From Nitrospirota bacterium (lineage in GTDB: Bacteria; Nitrospirota; Thermodesulfovibrionia; Thermodesulfovibrionales; JdFR-86): a stretch of DNA of 64,000 bases. Under the pieces are notes generated by a model. The model was not told the origin of the DNA, searched no databases, and was given only the letters and a program-made list of their open reading frames with translations. The translations under genes were made by a program, and so were the position numbers. Positions 37,380 to 48,500 of the stretch are shown one piece after another (within the stretch, counting starts at the first letter, position 1; every line of letters starts with the position of its first letter). The stretch is taken from positions 3,614 to 67,613 of the forward strand of contig JACQZC010000045.1 of assembly GCA_016207905.1 (NCBI GenBank), given 5' to 3'.

Positions 37380-38507
37380 TTACCTGCCTGATGGCATATA
37401 GATTATCCGTCCAATCCTCAAACGGGAGCTTTTCTTAATGCCGCGGTTAAGATAAAGGATTGTGTTTATGGACACGCCTGTCTTTTTAGAGATTCCCGAA
37501 AGCGTGTCGCCCCTTTTTATTTTATAGATAGCAACCAGACACCTTTTGGATTTTTGCACATCCATGCAGTCTTTAAGAAATGCCTCTTTCGTTCCAACAG
37601 GGATTCTTAAGGTATATTCCTTTGCATCAGGAGGCGTGCAGTCTCTTACGAGTTCTGGATTAAGCTCATCCAACTCATCCAGAGATGTGTTTGTGCATCT
37701 TGCAACATCCAAAAGCTCCAAGGCGCCTCTGACAGTGACCTCCTCATAAATAAAAGGCTCCTCGTAGCTTACATCTTCGAACCCATATTCTTCGGGGTTT
37801 TCCGCAATGGTTTTTGCCGCAATAAACTTTGGCACATAGTGTTTTGTCTCGGGCTTTATGTATTTTGTTGGAAGGAGCATCCAGTAATCGTCCGCATTTG
37901 TTCTTCTGAGCGCTCTTTGGATTTTTCCCTCGCCTGCATTGTATGCGGCCATGGCAAGACTCCATGAGCCGAACCTTTCGTAGAGGTCGCTCAGGTAGTC
38001 TGCGGCTGCCTCTGTAGATTTCACAGGGTCTCTTCTTTCGTCCACCCACCAGTTTATCTTAAGCCCATAGAGTCTTGCAGTGGACTCTATGAACTGCCAT
38101 GGCCCAACTGCCTTCATTCTGGATTTTGCACGCAGGTTAAAACCACTCTCTACAAGTGGAAGAAAGGCAAGTTCCTCAGGCATGTCTTTTCCCTTGAGAA
38201 TCTCGCGCATCAAACCTATATATCTGCCTGACCTCTGAAGATATAAATGAAATCTCTGTTTTATGGTCTCTGAAAAATGTGTTAGCTCCCTCTGCACTAC
38301 CTCAAGCTCAAGTGCGTTTAGACCATAAGAGACGAGATTTAAAGGGTCAACGATGTCTGCCTGGACCTGCTCTGTGGTCTCAACGGACTCAGCTACGACC
38401 TCAACAGAGATCTGCTCCTCTGAAAAAGAAACCGAGTAAGAGGAAATTATATAAATGGCTAAGATGAAGATTATAAAAAAAAGCCTTCTTTGAAAGTTCA
38501 AATTCAA
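37380..38507 (-). CDS. lytic transglycosylase (SLT domain) with a C-terminal LysM domain (MltD-like)
   Basis: A signal peptide, SLT catalytic region LPLVESGFN...AVGPWQF...AYNAGEG, and C-terminal LysM segment YKIKRGDTLSGISKKTGVSINTILYLN. Confidence 0.85.
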   Translation of the reverse strand: MNLNFQRRLFFIIFILAIYIISSYSVSFSEEQISVEVVAESVETTEQVQADIVDPLNLVSYGLNALELEVVQRELTHFSETIKQRFHLYLQRSGRYIGLMREILKGKDMPEELAFLPLVESGFNLRAKSRMKAVGPWQFIESTARLYGLKINWWVDERRDPVKSTEAAADYLSDLYERFGSWSLAMAAYNAGEGKIQRALRRTNADDYWMLLPTKYIKPETKHYVPKFIAAKTIAENPEEYGFEDVSYEEPFIYEEVTVRGALELLDVARCTNTSLDELDELNPELVRDCTPPDAKEYTLRIPVGTKEAFLKDCMDVQKSKRCLVAIYKIKRGDTLSGISKKTGVSINTILYLNRGIKKSSRLRIGRIIYMPSGR

Positions 38508-38517
38508 CCTCCCTAAC

Positions 38518-38979
38518 CTAAAGTTTTTTCATTATTTGTGCCATCTCTATTGCAGTGAGTGCAGAATCCCAGCCCTTATTTCCGCTTTTTGTGCCTGCCC
38601 TTTCAACTGCCTGCTCTATGGTGTCAGATGTTATGATTCCAAATGCAATTGGCACACCAGTCTCTATCGAGGCAGAGGCAATGCCCTTTGAGACCTCCGA
38701 GGCAATGTATTCAAAATGAGGTGTGGCACCCCTTATCACAGTGCCAAGACAGATGATGGAGTTATAACTGCCTTTTTCAGCCATCTTCTTTGCTATAAGC
38801 GGTATCTCAAACGACCCTGGCACCTTGACAACATCTATGTCTTCTTCCTTTGCACCATGCCTCAAAAGGGCATCTACTGCTCCATCGAGGAGTTTAGAAG
38901 TGATGAACTCATTGAACCTGCTTACAACTATTCCAAACCTAAGGCCCTTTGCAATCAGCTCACCCTGTAGTGTCTTCAT
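38518..38979 (-). CDS. ribH: 6,7-dimethyl-8-ribityllumazine synthase
   Basis: [29 protein letters not shown], and TPHFEY motifs. The start is taken as MKTLQGE at 38979. Confidence 0.93.
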   Translation of the reverse strand: MKTLQGELIAKGLRFGIVVSRFNEFITSKLLDGAVDALLRHGAKEEDIDVVKVPGSFEIPLIAKKMAEKGSYNSIICLGTVIRGATPHFEYIASEVSKGIASASIETGVPIAFGIITSDTIEQAVERAGTKSGNKGWDSALTAIEMAQIMKKL

Positions 38980-39072
38980 AAGACCTCCATGTTTTAATAG
39001 CACTTAAATTTTATACGATTTCATTTTAAAAAACAAGAAAAATCTGAGATTGTTTTATCAGCCTATCTTTTC

Positions 39073-39837
39073 CTATCCCTTCCTCTCAAAGAACCTTGCA
39101 CCTAAAAGCACAAATGCGGTGGATAAAAAGGCTATGACCGAAATATCGGCAATAAGAGGGAAATCAGGTCCCATAGGGCCTGTCTCAAGAGGGCTCACTA
39201 TATGCTTCAGTGCATCTATGCCATAGGTAAGAGGGTTGACCATTGCCACAAGCCTTAAAACCTCTGGCAGAAGCTTTATAGGATACATTGCTCCTGAAAG
39301 GAAAAACATAGGCATTACTATGAAGTTCATTATAACGCTAAAACTCTCATAGGACTCATAAAAAGTAGCAAGCACGATTCCAAATGCCGAGATGCAAAAA
39401 GAAACCATCACACATATAAGAGCCACCTCTACGACCTCGAATATCCCAAGCCTTAAGCCGATAAGGGGGAAAAATAAAAGTATGATTAATGCCTGAATGG
39501 ATGAGACAATCGTTCCAGATAATGCCTTGCCCAAGACTATCGAGAGTCTTGAGATTGGTGCTACTAAAATCTCCTTCATGAAACCAAATTCCTTGTCCCA
39601 TATGATTGATATGGAGGAGAATATAGAGGCAAAAAGCATTGTCATGCCCAGGATTCCAGGAAACATGAACTGGGTGTAAGAGACACCCTCGACTGGTCTT
39701 ACAAGCCTGCTTAAGCCTGCTCCAACGAGGAAAAGCCACACAAGGGGTCTTGCCAATGTCGAGATGAGCCTGCTTCTTTCCCTTATGAATTTCTTGAATT
39801 CCCTTGCAACTATCACATAGACTGCATTAAATTTCAT
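39073..39837 (-). CDS. ABC-2 type exporter permease
   Basis: 254 aa with six TM helices and ABC-2 family character. It lies immediately downstream of the ATPase gene. Confidence 0.85.
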   Translation of the reverse strand: MKFNAVYVIVAREFKKFIRERSRLISTLARPLVWLFLVGAGLSRLVRPVEGVSYTQFMFPGILGMTMLFASIFSSISIIWDKEFGFMKEILVAPISRLSIVLGKALSGTIVSSIQALIILLFFPLIGLRLGIFEVVEVALICVMVSFCISAFGIVLATFYESYESFSVIMNFIVMPMFFLSGAMYPIKLLPEVLRLVAMVNPLTYGIDALKHIVSPLETGPMGPDFPLIADISVIAFLSTAFVLLGARFFERKG

Positions 39838-39840
39838 ATC

Positions 39841-40818
39841 TCAGTGCCTTCTCCTATATGCCCTTACCTCTTCCTTTATAGTGCTTGCCTCTGTTACCTC
39901 CTCCTCCCTTATTGCCCTTCCTGTGAGCTTAAGGAAAACATCATTCAGCGTTGGCCTTTCGAGCCTGACCGAAATAACCATATCCGAAAGCCCCCTTATA
40001 AGCTCAGGGATGCAGGAATCTCCTCTAAGCGTTGTGATATAAAGCTCTCCGCCTTTTATCGCTGCATCGAGGTCAAATAGCCTTTTAATCTCTTCCTTAG
40101 CCTTCTCGTTATCGGTTGTCCTTAGATATATAACATCTCCTGAGACCATTTTTTTTAGCTCATCAGGCGAGCCACTTGCAATGATTTTCCCGTTGTCGAT
40201 TATTGCGATTCTCCGACAGACCTCTGCCTCCTCCATGTAATGGGTTGTCATGAATACAGTAACATTATGTTTCATTGGAAGCTCAACTATATACTCCCAG
40301 AGATTAGCCCTGCTTTGAGGGTCTAAGCCCAGTGTTGGCTCATCGAGGAATAAGACCTTTGGCTTGTGTATAAGGCTTCTGGCAACCTCGAGCCTTCTTT
40401 TCATACCACCTGAGTATTTCTTAACGAGGTCGTCTTTTCTATCGTAAAGCCCGACAAAACTTAATGCATCGTAAACCCTTCCTTTAATCTCGGTTTTTTT
40501 TACATCATAAAGATACGCATGAAAAGAAAGGTTCTCATAAGCAGTGAGGTCTTTATCCAGCGTTGTGTCCTGAAACACGATGCCTATGGATTTTCTAACC
40601 TCTGCAGGCTCTTTCATACAGTCATGACCATTTATGGATGCCCTGCCCAAGGTAGGCGAAAGGAGTGTGCAAAGGACATTTATAGTAGTTGTTTTACCTG
40701 CTCCATTTGGTCCAAGAAAACCAAATATTGTGCCCTCTTCTACATCAAAGGATATATCGTTTACCGCAGTGATATTTCCGAATTTTTTGGTAAGCCTTTC
40801 TACGCTGATGATTGCCAT
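39841..40818 (-). CDS. ABC transporter ATP-binding protein (DrrA/daunorubicin-resistance-like)
   Basis: Walker A GPNGAGKTT, signature YSGGMKRRL, Walker B LFLDEPT, and a C-terminal extension typical of the DrrA subgroup. Confidence 0.9.
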   Translation of the reverse strand: MAIISVERLTKKFGNITAVNDISFDVEEGTIFGFLGPNGAGKTTTINVLCTLLSPTLGRASINGHDCMKEPAEVRKSIGIVFQDTTLDKDLTAYENLSFHAYLYDVKKTEIKGRVYDALSFVGLYDRKDDLVKKYSGGMKRRLEVARSLIHKPKVLFLDEPTLGLDPQSRANLWEYIVELPMKHNVTVFMTTHYMEEAEVCRRIAIIDNGKIIASGSPDELKKMVSGDVIYLRTTDNEKAKEEIKRLFDLDAAIKGGELYITTLRGDSCIPELIRGLSDMVISVRLERPTLNDVFLKLTGRAIREEEVTEASTIKEEVRAYRRRH

Positions 40819-40824
40819 TAGCTC

Positions 40825-41886
40825 CTATTTATCGGGGGTTATAGAGACTTTATTGTCCGGGCTTGCAACTGGCTGTCCATAATAAAAACTATACCTGCGG
40901 AGGACTTTAACCTTTGGAATCACTGCCCTATTAAGTTCATAGGCATCAGGCAAAAGTAGGTTTATTGCTGCCTCCTTTATCCTTATCCTTCCATTTTTTG
41001 AAAGCAGGTATCTGCCCCATTTATTATTTAGATTTTCAGGGGACACCTGAGTTATCTCAGCTACATAATATACATTATCATAGTCAAAAGACATTATTAA
41101 GTCTCCATAGAACTGGTCAAGACACTTGCCAACATATCCGCCTCCAAGAAGAACCGTCTTTATCTCAAGCTCCTTGAGAAATTCCATAAGCATTCCCATA
41201 TCATCCTTTGATATACGACCCGCCTCATACGACACGGATTCCAGATAAATCACCGATTCCGACATGTTCGTTATCTCGTTTATATACCTTGAATATTCAT
41301 CCCTGCCCTCTACATATCCGTAAGAGAGATGCTCCCTATATCCGCCGGGTATGATTAAAAGGATTAGCCTTTTCTCTGTTGAGAAAAGCTCAAGAAAATC
41401 CCTGAGCATCCTTTCCTGCTCCTTGAGTATTTCGAGGCTCATGTCATAGATGGTAAACCTGTCATAAAACCTTTCGACGATGTTTTTCTCTGGATATGAC
41501 TTTTTATCCCAGAAAGAGGAGAGTTTCATATCCGTGTGAAAAAATGTATAGAAGGCAGGATGAACGATAATATAAATTCCACTGCCATTAAGGAATCTCT
41601 TATAAGATTTATACTCTTCCTTTGGTATGTCATTGAGCCTTTTTATCTTGAGAGAGTCATATGCCTCCTTAAGCCATTCAGGGGACTTCTCGATGGTCTT
41701 ATTCCTTCTGTTAATCTCTGCTACTACCTGGCTGACCCTCAGGACCTCCTTTTTATTTTTTACAAACTTTGGGTTCAGGGAAATCCACAGGTCATCCATA
41801 CGCTTTTGAGCGCACCCCAATGACAAAGCCATAGCGGCTGTCAAACACATATTTATAAATCTCGGATTTAAAATTTTAAATCTCAC
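40825..41886 (-). CDS. hypothetical lipoprotein
   Basis: A 353-aa ORF with the lipobox-like segment AMALSLGC near the N-terminus. I recognise no family. It is first in an apparent operon with the ABC-2 exporter, separated by a 6-nt gap. Confidence 0.6.
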   Translation of the reverse strand: MRFKILNPRFINMCLTAAMALSLGCAQKRMDDLWISLNPKFVKNKKEVLRVSQVVAEINRRNKTIEKSPEWLKEAYDSLKIKRLNDIPKEEYKSYKRFLNGSGIYIIVHPAFYTFFHTDMKLSSFWDKKSYPEKNIVERFYDRFTIYDMSLEILKEQERMLRDFLELFSTEKRLILLIIPGGYREHLSYGYVEGRDEYSRYINEITNMSESVIYLESVSYEAGRISKDDMGMLMEFLKELEIKTVLLGGGYVGKCLDQFYGDLIMSFDYDNVYYVAEITQVSPENLNNKWGRYLLSKNGRIRIKEAAINLLLPDAYELNRAVIPKVKVLRRYSFYYGQPVASPDNKVSITPDK

Positions 41887-41904
41887 CTATTACCTCGAAT
41901 AACT

Positions 41905-42783
41905 TCAGTCTGTAAGAATCCTGAGAATCTCCCTGTATCGCTCTCTTGTCTTTTCGATTATATGTTCTGGAAGAGGAGGACCTGGAGGCATCTGGTTCCA
42001 GTCGAGGGTAAGAAGATAATCCCTTATAATCTGCTTGTCAAAACTGTCCTGCCCCCTGCCTATCCGATAATCCTTCATCGACCAAAACCTCGATGAATCA
42101 GGCGTAAGAAGCTCGTCAATAAGTATGACTTTTCCATCGATGGTGCCAAACTCCATTTTTGTGTCGGCAATTATTATACCTTTTTGTTCTGCTATATCGC
42201 ATGCCCTTTTATATACCCTGCGGCTTATGTCCATCAGGGTTTCTGCTATGTCAGTGCCAACGATTTCCTTTGTTTTCTCAAATGATATATTTATATCATG
42301 CCCCTCCTCTGCCTTTGTGCTTGGAGTAAAAAGAGACATTGGAAGCCTCGAGGACTCAAGAAGCCCTTGAGGAAGTTTTATTCCGCATAGAGTTCCATCG
42401 GACTTATAGGACCTCCAGCCCGAACCCGAAAGATAGCCCCTTACAATGCACTCGATAGGTATGACCTTTGCCTTTTTGACGAGGAGGCTTCTGCCTTCGA
42501 GCATATGCCTGTATTTATGAAGCTCCTCTGGAAACTCGGAAATCTCGGTAGAGACAATATGGTTTTGGGCAATGTCTTCCATCTGTCTAAACCAGAAGAC
42601 CGATATTGCGGTAAGAACCCTTCCTTTGTCAGGGATTCCATTTGGCAAAACCACATCGAATGCAGAGACCCTGTCTGTGACAACAAGGAGGAGGTTTTCT
42701 CCGAGGTCGTAGATGTCCCTTACCTTTCCTCTCCGTGGCTCACCGATGTCAGGCATCTCTGTCTTAAGGATGACTTCAGACAT
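41905..42783 (-). CDS. purC: phosphoribosylaminoimidazole-succinocarboxamide synthase (SAICAR synthetase)
   Basis: [14 protein letters not shown], and [12 protein letters not shown] motifs. It is the long form, at 292 aa. Confidence 0.93.
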   Translation of the reverse strand: MSEVILKTEMPDIGEPRRGKVRDIYDLGENLLLVVTDRVSAFDVVLPNGIPDKGRVLTAISVFWFRQMEDIAQNHIVSTEISEFPEELHKYRHMLEGRSLLVKKAKVIPIECIVRGYLSGSGWRSYKSDGTLCGIKLPQGLLESSRLPMSLFTPSTKAEEGHDINISFEKTKEIVGTDIAETLMDISRRVYKRACDIAEQKGIIIADTKMEFGTIDGKVILIDELLTPDSSRFWSMKDYRIGRGQDSFDKQIIRDYLLTLDWNQMPPGPPLPEHIIEKTRERYREILRILTD

Positions 42784-42821
42784 AATGTTCTATTATAACA
42801 AAAGGCAATAAGCAATCAGGC

Positions 42822-45506
42822 TTAAAATGTATGTCCTATGCTGAAATGAATCTCGGAAGTGCTCTCTCCTGGCTCTCTATCAATCTTATATCCATAGTCT
42901 AATCTTAGTGGTCCAACAGGCGTAATGTATCTCAAGCCAATGCCTGTTGTGTATTTGAGCTTGTCTAACTGCACATCATCCAGTTCGGGCCACACGTTTC
43001 CTGCGTCGAGGAAACCCACGAAGCTCCAGCCTCTTCCAACATACGCCCTGAGTTCGAGGTTTCCTAATGTAAAGGCACTGCCTCCTGTTGGAGTGCCAAC
43101 TGTGCTTTTTGGTCCCAGGTCATCCTGAGCGTATCCCCTTACAGTGCTTCTTCCACCTAAAAAGAATCTTTCTATGAGAGGAAGCTCCTTTGTCCTTCCA
43201 AAGCCCTTTGCAGTTCCACCCTTTAGAGACACTGCCGATACAAGCCATTTTGTCAGCCTCTTATAGGTGCTTACATGCACAATCAGCTTTACAAAGTCGG
43301 TCTCGGAAAACAGAAACTCCGAAGATGCTATCTTCAGGGACACGCCTGCAAACATGCCTCTTCTTGGGTCAAAGGCATTGTCCCTTGTGTCGTAAACCAC
43401 ACCTGGCATTATACTGCTTATAGATAAAGTGCCTGTGTCTTCTTTTGTGAGGATTACATCAGGCAGGACATCGAATGTCTTGGCTATGGAAAACTCATAG
43501 AATATATCAGCCTTTGCCCATCTGCCAATTCTCTTTTCGGTGCCTACGCTTACTGCATGCCTTTTGATTCTGTATCGGGTCTGTCCTGTATCTATATTTT
43601 TTTCCTTTTTTTGTTCCGTGAGAAACAATGCCCTCAGGGGAATTCGCCTGCCTAAAAACCATGGCTCATAATAATTCAGTATATGTCTGCTTTCGAGTGT
43701 GCTGAGTTCGGCCCTCAAGCTGACCTGTCTGTTCATTCCAAAAAGGTTCCTGTAGCTTATATCCACAAACCCTCTGTACCTTTCGTATTCTCCGTATCCC
43801 AGACCAAACTCCACTGCGCCTGCCTTGCCTTCTTGGACCTTTATGGCAATATCAGCCTTGTCTCCATATCTGTCCTGCACCTCTATCTTGGCATCGGTAA
43901 AGATTCCAAGCCTGTAAAGTCTCTGCCTCGATGTTCCAAACTGAGAGAAATTAAGGGGCATGCCCTCGCTATAATCCAGCTCCCTTCTTATCACCACTGT
44001 TTTGCTCCTACGGTTACCTTGAATTATGGTTTTCCCAATGAATACCTTACTGCCCTCTTCTATAGAGAATACGACCTCTGCGGTATTTTCAACAATGTTT
44101 CTTTGTATCTCGACCTTTGCATCGACAAAGCCTTCTTTGCCGTAGAGGTCTATAATCCTGAGCCTTGCATCTGCTATGTCAATCTCATTGTAAGGATCCC
44201 CCTCGCTTATAGGAATGACATCTTCAAGCTCAGCCTCCGAGAAATGTTTCACACCCATCAGTCTGACAGAAGAAACCGTGACCCTGCTACCTTCGGTTAT
44301 TTTTATATTAATGCTTGCAGAAGAATCCCTGATATCTACCTCAGGCTCTGCGACTTCTACATTTAGATACCCCAATGCCATATAGAACTCCTTGATTACA
44401 GCAATATCTGTTTCGAGGGCATTGGGGTTGAATAATCCTTTTTCTTTTAAGGTCATAATCTCTTTTAGCCTCTCTTTCGCGATGCTTACTGCCTCAAATC
44501 TTATCGAGCCAACCTTAACCTTTCTGCCCTCGAAAATGAAAAGATTAAGGCTTATCTCATCGTCATATCTGCTTATAACCGGTGCAACTTTTGCAAAAGG
44601 ATAGCCATTTTCGTGGTAAAGCGAAAGTGTCTTTGAGACAGCCTCTTCTACAAGCTCATCCCTGAAATCTCCTGTCTCGAAAAACGGAAGGACAGCCTGA
44701 ATCGCCCTCGCCTTTACTTTCTCGTTGCCCTGAATATTAACCATGAGCCTTTTGCCTCTGAGGATTGTTAGATGAAGCGTGGTATCTTCAAAGGAATACT
44801 CAACCACAGGGTCAAGATAGCCTGATTTCCTGAGACGCAGACTCAGTGCTTCGATATCGGTCTTTAGCTTAAATTGGTCATATACATCGCCTTCTTTCAG
44901 CTCCATTAAAGACCGCATTTTTTTTTGTTCTTTTTCATTTTTTGGCATGTCTGAGATAACGATTTTTTTAATCCTAATCGGGGTTCCTTCTTTTATGCTG
45001 AGGACAAGATTAATGCTGTTTGGCTTAGCCCTTTTAATCTCCAGCAAAACCTCTACATTGGGAAACCCGGAAAATGCATATAGAGCCTTAAGTCTTTTTT
45101 GGGCTTCCTCGACCATGTCGTATCTCATGGGCATTTCTTCTTTCAGGAGAAAGTGCTTCTTTATAAATTTATCCTTGAGATATGAATTCCCCCTGACCTT
45201 TATACCCTCTATAAAATCCCTCTCTTTTACCTTTACCCTTAAAACGCCCTCCGAAGAAAGCTCGATTAAGATGTCCTCGAATATTCCCTTAAGGAACGCC
45301 CTTTTGATACCTCTTTCTAACCTTTCGGGGTCAATGACCTCTCCTTCTTTAAGGTCTAAAAGATAGACAATCTCCTCTTTCTCTATAGAGTAAATTCCCT
45401 CTACCTCTATTTGTCTTATTGGAGTTTGCGTTTCCGCAAGAAGGTTCTTTGCAGACAGTAATAGGGCAGAGACTGAAAGCAGTAAAGAGAGGGCTATCTT
45501 TGTCAT
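42822..45506 (-). CDS. bamA: Omp85-family outer membrane protein assembly factor (BamA; multiple POTRA domains + beta-barrel)
   Basis: 894 aa with a signal peptide, repeated POTRA-like units, a C-terminal barrel, and the terminal motif ...HFSIGHTF. Confidence 0.9.
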   Translation of the reverse strand: MTKIALSLLLSVSALLLSAKNLLAETQTPIRQIEVEGIYSIEKEEIVYLLDLKEGEVIDPERLERGIKRAFLKGIFEDILIELSSEGVLRVKVKERDFIEGIKVRGNSYLKDKFIKKHFLLKEEMPMRYDMVEEAQKRLKALYAFSGFPNVEVLLEIKRAKPNSINLVLSIKEGTPIRIKKIVISDMPKNEKEQKKMRSLMELKEGDVYDQFKLKTDIEALSLRLRKSGYLDPVVEYSFEDTTLHLTILRGKRLMVNIQGNEKVKARAIQAVLPFFETGDFRDELVEEAVSKTLSLYHENGYPFAKVAPVISRYDDEISLNLFIFEGRKVKVGSIRFEAVSIAKERLKEIMTLKEKGLFNPNALETDIAVIKEFYMALGYLNVEVAEPEVDIRDSSASINIKITEGSRVTVSSVRLMGVKHFSEAELEDVIPISEGDPYNEIDIADARLRIIDLYGKEGFVDAKVEIQRNIVENTAEVVFSIEEGSKVFIGKTIIQGNRRSKTVVIRRELDYSEGMPLNFSQFGTSRQRLYRLGIFTDAKIEVQDRYGDKADIAIKVQEGKAGAVEFGLGYGEYERYRGFVDISYRNLFGMNRQVSLRAELSTLESRHILNYYEPWFLGRRIPLRALFLTEQKKEKNIDTGQTRYRIKRHAVSVGTEKRIGRWAKADIFYEFSIAKTFDVLPDVILTKEDTGTLSISSIMPGVVYDTRDNAFDPRRGMFAGVSLKIASSEFLFSETDFVKLIVHVSTYKRLTKWLVSAVSLKGGTAKGFGRTKELPLIERFFLGGRSTVRGYAQDDLGPKSTVGTPTGGSAFTLGNLELRAYVGRGWSFVGFLDAGNVWPELDDVQLDKLKYTTGIGLRYITPVGPLRLDYGYKIDREPGESTSEIHFSIGHTF

Positions 45507-48500
45507 TTGAACTGAAACCTGAATTTTATATCTCCTCCGACACTGCCCCTTTCATCCCTCAGCCCTACTAAAGAGACATTGCCTGCAAGGAAATACTCTA
45601 ATTTGAGCACCTGCTCTTGAGCACCAACTGCAGTGGAGTAAGTGGCAAAGAGCCGCTCTCCTAAAAGTTTTTTTGTAACAGTAACCCTCGGCACAATAGA
45701 GCCTGATGATTTGGATATGTAGGGGTCTATCGTAGCCCTGTCTATGCCTGTGATGTCCTTTAACCTCTCCTCTATCACATCCTGATATTTGCCTGTAAGG
45801 AAAGATGCAGCTTCGGCTGCACCAATACTGCCTTCGAGTCCCTTCAGGTTTTCTCCAAAGTCTCCGACTGTCAACAGGCTTAAGATTTCAATCTCTCCAA
45901 GCGGTGGGTCAGAATAAAGGGACATGTGAAAGCGGTCTACCTGTCCTTCGAGGCTTAATCGGATATGGTATCCCTTTGAGAATGTCTCGGCTATTATTCC
46001 GAAAAATGGTCCTGCCCTCAGGTGCTCTGCATAATCGGCAGTTGCAGTGAGTATCTGAAATTCACTATTTCTGAAATAAACCCTTCCATCTTTAGCCTCT
46101 ATCCTTCCAAATAAAAGCGGACTGCCCACTGTGCCTTTTAAAACCATATCTACTTTAAGGGATGCCCTTGCTATGTTGTTGTCAACTGTAATATTGTCCG
46201 AGCCAGAAACCCTTACGCTCAGATTCATTCTGTCAAGGTAAGGGCTTGGTTTGCCTGCCTGTTTTGTTTTTTTAGATGATATAAGCCAGCTTTTCCACTC
46301 AAAGCTCTCTCTGTACCTTGCCCTGTTTATCGTCAACTCTCCTGTAATGTCCTGTGATTGTGCCGTGCCTTTTAAAACGAGATTTCCTCCTAAGTTCACC
46401 GAAAAGTCCTTTGAGATGGAGGCAGTAATATCTTTTATCTCTGTGTCCAGATAAAGCCTTTCTATCTCAAAACCGCTTAGACTAATCATACCTTTAAGTC
46501 CAATCTCTCCTCCGCCAAACCTTGCGTGTGCCCTCTGAAAAACAATCCTTCTACCTTCTACTGTAAGATAAGCATTTATTGCAGTAAGATGTTGTGGAAT
46601 GCCTTTCAAGGCAACCGTTCCGTCAGAGACAGAAAGACTGCCATTTATCACTGGATTTTCCCAGTCTCCTTCAAGCGTAAGCATAAAGTCGGAAGTGCCT
46701 CTCAGTATCGAAATCCTATTTGAAACACCCTTCAGGATCGAAAGTGGAGATTTGCCTTCAATGGAGATGTCATAGTTTCTGCCAACCTCAACTGCCCCGG
46801 CTATACTAAAAGAGGCATCTCCACTTCTCATTACGGTCTTTAAGAGAGAGACCTTTCTGTCAAAGACCTTGAGCCTTACCTCAGAGTCATTGATAATCTC
46901 TTGACCAAACATAGCCACATTCAGATACGAGAGCCCTGCATCTGCCTCGATATGGTTCTTTGTGCCTTTAAGATAAACAGAGCCCTTCATGGTTAATGCA
47001 GAATCCGCAGGCACATCCCTTAGAAATGAAAAAAGCAGAAAATCATATCTTCCGCTTCCTATATCTACCTCTGCGCTCCATGGCAGTTCCTCTGCAAGGG
47101 TTGCATTTGCCTTGATGCCGAGCATTCCATCGAGCACTTTAGCATCTAAAAAGACATCCCTTCCTTTTAGCTCTGCCTTTAGGATGCCGTCTCCTATAGC
47201 TTTCCCCTTAAAAATTCCTTCTGAAAGCCATCCCTTAAGAGACACCTGAGGGTTATCGAAGGACCCCCTGCCCTCCATGAGAAAGTTTAATGCATAGTTG
47301 ACAATGATTGGCTTTCGGAGTAAATCCTTCAGATGAAGTCGGGTTGAAGATGCGGTGAAGCTAAAATCCTTGTTCCTCGAAAACCTACCCTTCAGGGATA
47401 AGGAGGACTCAGCCTGCCTGAATATTGCATTATCCACATTGAAGTCATTTAAGTCATAGCAATAACGAAATGACGCAGTGGAAATCGGAATATCGTATAG
47501 CTCTACATCTTTTAGTTGGGCAGAGCCTGAAATCAGGGGTGCTGTGCCCTTTATAGTTAAATCGGAGCTAAGACTGCCCTTTGAAGGTATATCTGTCTTT
47601 AAGACCTTTATTAGTCCTCCGAGGTCAGCCTTTTGGACTGAGACCGAAAGGTCATAGTCTGGCTCTTTTAAGTCAAACACCTTTAGGGCAGAAGGAAACA
47701 TTACCTTGCCCTTTGCCGAAATCTCTCCTCCTTCGCCCAGACCAATTAATTGTCTTATCTCAAGGAGGCTTTTCCTATAAGAAAATGAGCTTACGACATT
47801 GCCTATCGCATAGTCATCCAATCTTGCCCCTGACGATATAACATCCATCTCTACGAGAGGGTCATCGAATGTTCCAGTCACCTTGCCTCCTATCTCGGCT
47901 TGACCTGTGAGTCTCTTAAAATAAGGAGACATAAGGTCAAATACATCCGAGGTTATGCCTGTGCCTGACATCTCGATAGTCTTTGAGTTTAAATTTAGTG
48001 TGCCACTGATAAGGGCATCCGACTCAGCAGTCTTGATGCTTATCTCGGAAAGGCTGAGCACTCGGTCTGTCATCTGAAAACTTCCATCCGCATACTTTAT
48101 TCTGCCCAGAGGATGATTAAGGGTCTCAACCGAGACAAATGAAAACCTGCCTTTTGGATTAAAGGCATAACCCGAAGAATAAAGCTCGCCTGTCACCTTT
48201 CCAGATGGAAGCCTTAATCTGGAAACCTTGATTAATTCAATCAAAGGAGGGCTATCAACATCCCTGACCCTAACCATGACAGAGTAGGGCTTTCCTTTCG
48301 GGATGCTCATGGATGCCTCAAGTGTGCCTTTGCCATTATAAAGTCTTGCTATTCCGTTTTTAAACTTCATGCTCCCGTCTTCGTAAGAGACACTGCACTT
48401 AAGGTCATCCACCTTAACGCCAAAAAGCGTGCCTTTTTTCAATCTTGCATCTGCATTGCCTTTAATGTCATTTATATTGCCTGTGAGGTTTCCCCTAAAG

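Noticed and set aside
43683-44366. 227-aa + strand ORF
   Set aside because: It is antisense to bamA and has no start context or recognisable motifs. The bamA frame is unambiguous.
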